Source: Dicyema japonicum
Taxonomy: Eukaryota; Animalia; Dicyemida
Reading direction: 5' to 3'
Assembly (NCBI GenBank): GCA_011109175.1
Contig: RDEW01000025.1
Span: 527,990-591,989 of the forward strand
DNA: 64,000 nt
Shown: in pieces, positions 54,686-64,000 of the stretch
Layout of the letters: every line of letters begins with the position of its first letter
Position numbering within the stretch: the first letter of the stretch is position 1
Notes under the pieces: model-generated
The model's database searches: none
What the model saw: the letters and a program-made list of their open reading frames with translations, nothing else
Told to the model about the DNA's origin: nothing
Program-made: the position numbers and the translations under genes

Positions 54686-54965
54686 GGAAACCTCTCATAG
54701 CTCAGTTTTTAAAAGTAGGGAAGTAGAGGTCATGACTAAATTGGTCTCCCCAGGATAACAGTTTTGGAAGGTGATGACTGATTGCCCATCGCTTGACTGG
54801 ACCACGTGACACCCATGTGCACAATACTGGAAATTGACACGAAGATTTTCGGGAACCTCTCAGAGCTTTTTTGGAAGAACTGAAGTAGAGGTCATGACTA
54901 GACTTGTCTCCCACGGATAACAGATTTGGATGGTACTGGCTCGTTGCTCAACGCTTGTCTGGACC
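54686..54965. repeat. ~165-bp diverged tandem duplication
   Basis: GGAAACCTCTCA..GAAGTAGAGGTCATGACTA..GTCTCCC..GGATAACAG..CGCTTG.CTGGACC occurs twice. Confidence 0.8.
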
Positions 54966-54999
54966 TTCAAAAAACGTCAAAATTTCGAGTTAGAGACCA

Positions 55000-55351
55000 C
55001 TGTATGCCTTTATTTCTATATACTCTGCTCTGGAATGGAAATCCTAGCATTGTTCGTTAAGCTCTTCATAACTCAGTGAGTTAAGATTTTCAAATTTTTT
55101 TAAAAAAACGTAAAAAACAGTCTGAGAGTTTTGAATGTTTCCAAGGCAAATGGAACAAAGGTCAAATCATCGGGAGTTGAGCATAGACTTAAATGTTTCT
55201 GGATGGAGTAAAGTGTGCATCCCGCTTGAGAATTCAAATCAAGACCCTTAGGGATACCAAAGATGAAAATCAAATGGCAGACTTGAGTATAGCGTATTAA
55301 CGTTTCCTCGTATCGAATCTTCATATATCCAATGTCATTTTGTCCAGCCAT
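55000..55351 (-). mobile_element. CRE-like endonuclease 3' fragment
   Basis: STPDDLTFVPFALETF. Confidence 0.6.
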
Positions 55352-57751
55352 TCGAAAAAATAACGCAAGATCACATCTATCTTAAGGATATTAAAAAATT
55401 GGTGCAATTGAGAGATCGTACCACATCAATATTGACTTGCTACGTGACTTATTTGGAGACACTGCCTTCAATAAAATTCATTCGTAAATGATCATCCATC
55501 ATTAAAATTTATCTCACTTTGAAAAGTCAATTTTTTATTTTTTCCTCCATGTTCCTCATTTTGCATTCAAACCCCAACAAGTCCATATTAGTTGACTTGT
55601 AATGTAATAAAAGAATTTTTAGTTATTTTAGATTTTACAAATAGTTTGTAGAATTTAAATTCGAAAACACGTTTTTCTAGTGGGTCCACCATAGAAATAA
55701 TCAGTATTTAATTATTCATCTAAATTTATAAGCAAATCTTTAACGTCCCTGTAAATTAGGAAAAAAGTCCTGCACCTAGTTTCACAGTTATCTGAGTTTT
55801 TATATATAAGCCTCTATAACTTAAAAATTAAGTTTTGAGTTTTATACCCTGTAGGATGTCCCCCATCGTCCCCATGTCTGGGAGCTTCTATTAATGCTTC
55901 GAAATGATTAAAGTTGAAAGGTTTGTAAATTAGATTAGAGGTCATGCCACTTAACAGACGTTATATTCATCAAAAATTGCTAGAACTCAAAATCTTGTTA
56001 TCTGGTCCCTGGAGGACTAAGGGTTCAGACAACTGTGCCAGTTCTAAAAGGTCAACATATGTGTAAGTGCATACCCGAAAAAAGTTTGGCCAAGTGGGTT
56101 TAATTTAAACCCAGACTCTATTGCTGTTCAGATCACAAAAAACTGCAATTCTCTTCTCAATTTTTCGATTATTTTTGCCACCTCCACATAAATCCCAATT
56201 CTATCCGCTTACAACTCACAATCATTATTGATCTTTAAACTGGAACACTTAATGATATGTAGAGACCCAAATGGAAAGCATTTACTCTTGCTAACCGTCA
56301 AACCATCCGACAACTGCGGGAGCACATTGAGAGTATCTTCCTGAATGACATTGATGTCCACACGAGAACCCCACTGAGGATACGCATACACATCTCCAAA
56401 TTTGACTATATGTTAACTAGCAGAACTCTCACTAGCAGAACTCTACATGAAAAGTTAATTACTGTTTTGAGACCGCAATTCAATCCTTTTATGGCTGATA
56501 GGATTCCTATGAGTCCACATGTGGAAAACTGAAACGAAGAGATTCAAGAGTTGCATGATACATGAGATTTAAGATGTCTGAAAGACAAGGGAAATATTAG
56601 ATTGTTTACCAAAGAATACCAATCAGATATGTCAGCAATTGATCGTTCGCCTCGAGAAATCCAGTTTTAGAAGATACTGAAACAGATTAGTTGCAGATGG
56701 AACTGGGAAACAGCATAGGAAAAATGACAGATACACCCGAACATGCTAATTTTTTTTAATTTAATATTTTTTAATATACCCGAACATGCTAATGAAACAG
56801 TATGCGGGAATTAACTTCAATTCACTTTCGAGAGACCTGGAGATCAAAGTAAATCCCCTTAAACCGAAATAATTGATTTACTGGAAACTATTCTCCGACA
56901 GAAAAATCTCAGAGATTATCGTCAGTCTAAAAAAATCGTTTGTATGTGATCGGAGCAGAATATCTATAATCCATCTTAAACATCCCAATTTCTTACATTC
57001 CAAGCTTAGGCTCCCCTTACCTGACTATCTTGGTGATATCATCAATCAAACCTTTCTGGACTAGGACCACCAATGACACTGAATGACTTATGGAGCGCCA
57101 GCACTCTCAGATGGACGCTTGATTGTTTTTATTACATTTTTAATCTGCTATGAATTATTCAATTTTTCAAATACACTCTTGATGACGTTTGTAGACCGGG
57201 CATCATGATGTGGTCCCTAATTGGGAGAATTTTCGATTCCCAGTGCAGATGGACAGGTAATTGTTCTTAGAGCAGAGTTTTGAGTATTTTTTATTTTTCA
57301 AGATTCTTTAAACAGGAACCCTAGGAAGAAACGACCTATTGGCTTGTGGATTATAAATATTCACACGGCCAAAGTTAAGAAGTTGCGGACCGTTATAACT
57401 TTGGATGGTCTAGTATCGCTCTTCTTTAAAAATGACGTGTAAATCCTCCAAATAAAATGTATTCTGTATATCCAGGTTACCGCACTCAATAAAACATTGT
57501 AAAGCATTGTGTTTACCATAAAACTGGTTCCATGAAGCACTCCAAATCCTCATGATCAGTAACTTTTGAGTGGAGAGAATAGGATGATTTACTTTGACAA
57601 TGTATGAGAATAAATTCAGTCAAAAGAAAAAAAATAATTAACCTCGTAACTGAACTCTAATGTTTATTAATAAATTTAATAATTAAAAAAATAAAATTAA
57701 CTTATTTTAATAATAATTTAAAAAAAGCATTGTGCAGAATCACGTTTCTAC

Positions 57752-58421
57752 ATGGCTCTTGTGGTTGGCTATTTTTTATAGCATCTATTTTACTATATGT
57801 TAATTTGTTTAGAAAAGTACAAACCCTATGAGAGATGTCAAAATAGAAAAGTTATGCCTAAACATCTCTGTCGGTCAATCAGGTGACAGATTAACACGTG
57901 CTGCCAAAGTTATGGAACAACTAACTGGACAAAAACCCCGCTTTTCTAAAGCTCGAATAACAATCAGATCCTTCGGAATAAGGAGAAATGAAAATATTGC
58001 TTGTTCCACCACAGTTCGAGGCCCAAAGGCCATGGAGATCTTGGAATCGGGCTTAAAGGTAAGTTCATTATTACGAGACCAATATAGGTGAAAGAATACG
58101 AACTCCGCAAGAACTGTTTCGCCCAGGACGGCAGTTTTGGGTTTGGGATTGAGGAACACATCGACTTGGGGGTGAAATATGACCCAAATACAGGGATTTA
58201 TGGAATGGATTTCTTTGTAGTTCTCGAAAGGAGTGGTTTGTCGACTATTTAACTCTATAGGATATCGAGTGAAGAGAAAACGCCGTGCACGTGCCAGAAT
58301 TGGTGCCTCTCATAGAGTGACTAAAGATGACGCTATGAAGTGGTTTCAGGATAATGTTATAATAATCATTATTCCTTAGTTTGAAGGGACTGTCATTCCT
58401 GCTAAGAAGAAAAAGAATTAG
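57752..58421 (+). CDS. RPL11: 60S ribosomal protein L11 (uL5); first intron ~50 nt, then 29, 25 and 24 nt
   Basis: [66 protein letters not shown]. Confidence 0.97.
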
Positions 58422-58559
58422 TTTTTCTTTACGTTACTTTTTGTTCCATTAAATTTGATTTTGGCGATTTGATTTTTACTTGCTGTACACTATCAGCTAT
58501 ATTTTTTCGTTATTAATATAGTTTTGTATAATTTCGCTTTACGAACTCTATTATCAAGA

Positions 58560-58970
58560 CACGAATGTAAAGAGGGCAAGGTTATTTAGGCTTGTTGTAT
58601 CACGAGTGTCTCCCCGGGACTCTCTTTCTGTGACCTAATCCACCCTATATTTCATCGTGTTTGACCGTATGGGACTCAAAGGTCACACTTTTTTTCATTC
58701 CATTCCGTAGGACTTCTCTGTTCGAAGTTAATAGCAGATCCTCATCGTGGGTCTCGTTGAGTCGTTTATAGTAAGTCTCTTGATCTCAGTTCTCGCGAGA
58801 TAACGCAGTTTTTGCGCCTGGAGAAGTACCATTTCTCAAGCCATAGATGAGCGACGGAATAATCGTAAATGAGAATAGGAACGTTTTCGATCGAGCTACA
58901 ACTCCACATACTTAAGATTGCTTTATTATTCTTTTCCGCTTGAACTTGTCTTTTATTGTGTATCCCGTTT
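58560..58970 (-). mobile_element. RTE-like LINE 3' remnant
   Basis: IIPSLIYG...; a RVPGRHS segment resembles GKRxxGRP. Confidence 0.45.
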
Positions 58971-59026
58971 TTTCGAAGACAGTTCTAAGGTATTGATAGT
59001 AGTTTATTGACTTTACACAAGTTATT

Positions 59027-59454
59027 GTGTTCCGTAGTTTATTGCCTTTGTTTCGTTTAAAAAACTACATAGATGGAAAGAGACCTGACGGGATGACCCT
59101 TTTCCCCTTCACGTCTGGAAGATCTTTTGTCTGGGACGCAACTTGTGTAGACACGTTCTCAATCACGAATATTTTCAAATCGGTTCAGACACCTGGAGCA
59201 ACTGCTTCGACTGCGGAGAACCTAAAAATCAAGAAATATTCTTACTTCGGGGACCGCTACTGATTTACTCTGTTGCGACCGAATCATCGGGAGCCGTTGG
59301 TCCAATGACGGCTGAGTTCTTGCGAGAACTCGGAGGAATGCTTGCCAGAAAGAAAAGGGATCAACGAGAATGGTTATGGCTGAGACAAAAGATTGGAATG
59401 GTCATACTCCGAGGGAACTCGTTCGCAATCCACGCAGCCGGCTTCCTCAACTGA
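59027..59454 (+). mobile_element. CRE-like endonuclease/3' end fragment
   Basis: GKRPDGMTLFPFTSGRSFVWDATCVDT...VATESSGAVGP...RGNSFAI*. Confidence 0.85.
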
Positions 59455-59799
59455 CATTTGTTTCTTTGTTAAAAAAATTATTAAAAAAACTACATAACGT
59501 TGGATTCTTCCTCCGATCGAACTTTAAGTGACTCCTCTCTCAATGCTATTGTGTTGAAAAATTGCAGTGATATATGGATATATGAAATTTCTTAGTTTAG
59601 TCCTTAGATCATTTCTTTACATCACAATCTTCCAGATGTGGGGAAGAAATCACAACAACATTGTTTCTCAAGTATATTTTTCTGTTGAGGCTTGTTATCC
59701 ACTTGTCGTAAACACAAAGATAACAGATTCACCAACCGTCATCAAATATAGGAGGAATAGCTGTGGGTTATGGTGGCTGCAATTATCCTGAAGGAAATT

Positions 59800-60810
59800 G
59801 ATTTGTCCGTATATTCAATAATGACAGACGAGATCTGAAAAACATCCAATTTGTCTCATCTGAACGGAGAGAAATGATTGTATTCCTCAAGCGTAAGGAC
59901 TCTCACATCAAGGCCTTCAGATAGCTCTTTCAAACGTTTGCCACCCCCTGTTATTCTTCTTACAACCAAAGTCGTGTTCTTGGAATTGAAATCTCCTCCT
60001 AGAGTTTGAATCTACTTATAGAAGAATTTAGTAATCCCCCTAGCGCATTCTATCTTCCATGCAGTAACTGGTTGGCCTGGACAGAGTAGATGGAACACGG
60101 AATTATGATCCTTCCGTTCGAGGCACACGTGTATCAACTCCCTTTCTCCTACAAACATCGTCGGGAGTATGATCTAATCCCTCTAATCTTCCCATTTAGT
60201 AATATTCACCCGAAATCTCCTCCAAATACAATAGTTAATCCCCAAATGAATTGTCTGTATTCCTAATTTAATCCAACGCCTCAAAAGTACGTCTATTTGC
60301 CATTGTGACGCCGTCATCAGTGAACATCTCACTGACTCGGATCGCTTACAAAAGAAAAAAAAGAAGTGAAGACGGATCGTCTACTCGGATTGTCCCTCAT
60401 TGATTAGTCGTCATAACTGTTTTTTTATGTTATGTTGTCCAATTAAGTCGTGTCCGACCCTTGGAGATCTCATGAAAGAGTTTCCTCCACTCTCCCCGAT
60501 CCGTTGCAATTTGGAGTAGCCTTGATATAGGCATTCCCGTGACTTCTTCCACCGTGGATAGCCACCGAGTCCTCGGTCGGCCAGGTCTTCTCTTCCCAGT
60601 AATATTGCTCAGCATAATGGTTCTTTCTAGTGAATCAGAGCGGACAACATGCCCAAAGAACGCCAATCTGTGTTTACGGTTCTTCTTCTAGCGAAATGTC
60701 CGTCTCTACCCGTTTGAGTACATCGATGTTTGTTATTTTGAAAATTTGGAACTGTTCTTTACTTAAAATAAAGTTTGTGTCCTGCTGGAAGGAGATATCG
60801 CTAATATGAC
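59800..60810 (-). mobile_element. family-B head followed by decayed APE (second LINE family), interrupted by an RTE fragment
   Basis: Repeat-B core at 60305-60430 and unit at 60750-60810; downstream LGGDFNSKN...GKRLKEL...DKLD APE motif. Confidence 0.7.
60425..60750 (-). mobile_element. 5'-truncated RTE LINE 3' end
   Basis: FFGHVVRSDSLERTIML..ITGKRRPGRPRTRWL...DRGEWR; tail ACATAACATAAAAAA. Confidence 0.88.
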
Positions 60811-60989
60811 TCTTCGTAAAGTGCATTATTATACTTCATATCCCAATCACCAAAGGACTTGTGTGATTACTTGTATGTCGTCATTGTGTGAGCTTATGTC
60901 CAGATTTATCAATATGAAGCTTGTGTATTTGATCAATCTGGGATTTTATCCCAAAATATTTCATCCGGTTTGAAAGCTTCTTATCTAAT

Positions 60990-61414
60990 TAGTATGAAAA
61001 TTGCTTATGCGAAAAAATCGCAGACCATCGGAGAACAATTGATAATACCTTGTTGCAGAGATATCATTTCCAACATGTAAGGAGGTTCTGAACTTCATAT
61101 TCTGAAGCAAATCTCACTTTCCAATGATACTGTTAAGAAGAATAAATGATCTCGCCGAGAATATTTTGTCCATTGTAATCGCGAAGATTAAAAATTCAAT
61201 GTTTCAATTTTTTGCTATCCAAATTGATGAAAGCACGGATATCGCCAACTTATCTCAATTGTGCGTACATGTTCGTTATATACATGACAAGCACTTTGAA
61301 GATGGATTCTTGTTTTGTGAAACTCTCAACACTAATACAACCGCCAGGGATATATTTGATAAACTTGACAGATTTTTTTAAATGTCTTTTTAAAAAAAAG
61401 TTTAAGAACCACTG
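60990..61414 (+). mobile_element. internally deleted Buster-type hAT fragment with right TIR
   Basis: TIGEQLIIP, SLSNDTV, FAIQIDESTDIANLSQLCVHVRYI; ends AAGAACCACTG followed by CTCTAGAG (nnnTAnnn). Confidence 0.85.
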
Positions 61415-61422
61415 CTCTAGAG

Positions 61423-61600
61423 TTACGCAGAAACTCTCCATACTCGAAGCTCATACAGCGTTATTCCTTTTGAGAATAGCATCGTCTTACCCTAACTCCT
61501 ATACGCTCTCCGTTGTTCTTCCATCGTAAGAAAGACGTGCAAGAAGCGGTCTGGCTGAGGCAACGAATTGGGATTGCAGTTGTTCGCGGAAACGCTTACT
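61423..61600 (+). mobile_element. CRE-like RT-adjacent fragment
   Basis: KLSILEAHTALFLLRIA parallels RLCLLDMHKALFLLKNS (12380-12300). Confidence 0.5.
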
Positions 61601-62246
61601 CCGTAATGTTAGCAGCCGCTCTTTTCCGTTATTGTTAATAATTAATATTTTATTGTTAAATAAAACGTGTTTTATAAAAAAGATAGCCTTTCACCTGTGT
61701 TATTGTGCTAGTGCTTGATCTGCTAAGTCGTATATAAAATTATCAATTAATAACAAATTATTTAAAAGTCAATTTTTAGGACAATGTCTCTATTACGGCC
61801 TGCAGGCATTGAGCACGCAATGGGAGTTACTTCTCATGATCGCGACCTTGACCACAACTCCCCGGACTGTGCTCCGTCGGATCACATGATTAGTTAGTTT
61901 GGTTCTACCGTGGTTCATGCTCCGCGTTAATGGTGTTGAGACAATTTTAGGTAAACGGGAAGTCACTGTCTTTTCTCAAGAAACTTGGATGTCTGACTAC
62001 ACACTGAAGCCCTACTTCCAGTTGATCTCCGTTACTATCGTAAGAAGGCAGGTATTACACATTTTAAGTCAGTTGAATCAAATTATCGTTAAATTCTCTC
62101 AAACGTTAAATTTAAAAATTCTAAAGTACGAATAGACGTATGCACGACTTATACAACTTCACCTTTTGTATAGGAGGTTGAATTCTTTGAGAAGTTTGGG
62201 GGGAAGTTTGGAAATGTCTATTATAGGTTTCCCTTTAGTAATTTCG

Positions 62247-62722
62247 TTAATATTGTAATTGATACTCTAAAACGGGAACTTTCTCTGGTAGGTCACATTC
62301 TGAATGTGGAGGCTCTGTTGGAATTACACTTTGATAAACCATTTGGGGGTGAGTCTATCATCTCCTTCCTGTATTCTATTTTCTTATGTATTTCCAATTT
62401 TTCGACTTTTCTAATAATTTCAGTAGATTCGGTGACTTCAACCATTTCTATGCGAGTATCTTCCCCATCTTCAGATTCCTTCCTAAAAATGCAAAAAAAG
62501 TTTTCAAAACTTTTCTTCGTTATCTCTGCTTCTAGTTTCAACATCTTCCAGAAACTCGTCATCAATTGTGGATCTTAGATTATTCAGTGTATTTCTTTCC
62601 ATTCTCTTTAACAGCAGTAGTCTAGCATTTTTTTTCGTTCAATCAGCTTTCTTCTCTTCATTTCGTGCATACTCATATTGAGCATATCTCGCTTTTTTTA
62701 GCGTCCTTGATAAATCAATCAT
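62247..62722 (-). CDS. candidate orphan gene or 3' gene remnant (charged, low complexity)
   Basis: Two canonical micro-introns (62483-62510, 62315-62339) join ..STIDDEFLEDVETRSRDNEEKKESEDGEDTRIEM..; an in-frame TGA lies near 62640. Confidence 0.4.
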
Positions 62723-64000
62723 ACGATCGACCTCATCATTCTCATCTGATAGAGTTTCGATGGGGGAGAAAGTCTTAAACAGATAATTTCAGTTGTAAAA
62801 GTCGTCTCTAAGGTCTTCAGTCTCGTATAGACTTCTATTCGGGGGTAATCGCAAAGACTGGGAATGACTCTCGATGTCCAATTAAATTTGAAGAGCACTT
62901 CTTGAGCCTCCTTATCGATTTCCATAATACAGTAGGAAGTATTGTTCGTAGCTTTTCTGAGCAAAACTTCCCTACGTCCTTTGTTGTGTTTTGTGATGTT
63001 CCGCGTGATTTCTTTGTTCAGTTTTGATATCCTTTCAGTTACGTCCACTGATTGTCTTGCGAAATTCCTCAGATTATTTCTCGTTTTGATTAGATCTCGC
63101 GTTTCAGCATCAATTGGGTGTGTTGGACGTTGAGGACGACCCGTCGGAATGTATCTTTTGCGAGCTCGGAGTATAATCTCGTTGAGGTATTTGATAGCAG
63201 CGTCGATAAATCAGAAGTTCTCTATCCGGAAGGCCTGGAAGTGTAGTTCGGTAAAATGTGTGAAGGTGGGCCATGTTGAGTTTGAGAAGTTCACATTAGT
63301 TCTCGGAGTGTTAATTAACTTATGTTTTTGTGAGATCCTCATGAAGATCGTGTTATAGTCGTATATAAAAACCCATGAAATAACAGCCGTAAAAAAATAT
63401 CTGATGAAGTAGGGGAGTCGGCTCGGCAGGAAGGAGTCCTTGTGTTTTCTTGGATTATTGAGAATGGCCAAGTCGTCAAAAGTGTCGGATATGAGGGCTC
63501 CCCGTTGATCCAGTTGTTGGTCAGCATACCATTGTGAGCTTTTCGAATTTAAGTCACCTCCCATTAGCGTGCTTTCTAACCTGGTGAATCGATTGAGTTC
63601 GGGGCTGTAGCCTCTTGGGCATAACGGTGGAGGGGGTATGTACATATTGACATCTGTCAATCGAAGGGAGGGTAGGCACATTCTCAGATTTAGATGTTCA
63701 GTGTGTCGTCTTGGCGGGAGGGGACCGGGATATCGTCCGAAATATTTCTGGCCATTATATGCTTCCTGATTAGAGCAATAAGGCCTTCTCCTTTCCATGA
63801 CCTCTGTCTCGTCTGAAAACGGAGCATCCCCGATGTTGGGGGTTGGTCGCCCTGGGTTAAGTTTCGTCTCTTTAAAAAGAGCTACAGTTTAACCTCTTTT
63901 TGGAGCGGACCTCGAGGGTGGAACACCTCTGTTTTTGATACACCCTCGGGATTTGGAACACTTCGAAAATTTCATCAGAAAATTAATAAAATCCTTACAA
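62719..64000 (-). mobile_element. LINE APE endonuclease and linker (decayed; runs off the window)
   Basis: VALFKETKLN, NMYIPP, GGDLNSKSSQW, RG..ISDTFDDLAILN. Confidence 0.85.

Noticed and set aside
60415-60761. AACTGTT(T/C)TTTA flanking the RTE fragment as a target-site duplication
   Set aside because: The same two variants occur in tandem without an insertion at 2657/2714, so they are pre-existing monomers.

Overview
AT-rich eukaryotic (animal) genomic window. Host genes are compact and split by very short spliceosomal introns: most I could parse are 20-29 nt GT-AG, a few are 32-95 nt, and one is GC-AG. This is why the ORF track is fragmented. By reading across introns I recognise UNC-45 (TPR+UCS, with apparent frameshifts), Hippo/MST kinase with SARAH domain, TDP2, POLR3K/RPC11, PQBP1 (apparent frameshifts), a large NO VEIN-like GHKL-ATPase + DUF3883 protein, ULK4, LENG8/THP3, DHX15/Prp43 and RPL11. 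Two orphan gene candidates are weaker. Much of the intergenic space is decayed transposons: APE-type LINEs, RTE-like LINEs, CRE-like RLE retrotransposons, Buster-type hAT and IS630/Tc1. The most notable signal is an Ingi/L1Tc-like LINE family. Its 5' head (six copies) folds into a covarying HDV-ribozyme-like double pseudoknot. In one copy the head is followed by a viral-type 2A StopGo motif (GDVEENPGP) fused to the APE endonuclease. The family has also produced short head+tail internally deleted elements. Animal-type genes, ~23-nt introns and the standard code suggest a dicyemid-like reduced parasite (inference only). No tRNA, rRNA or CRISPR array was found. All protein identifications rest on motifs recalled by eye, not database searches, and transposon boundaries are approximate.
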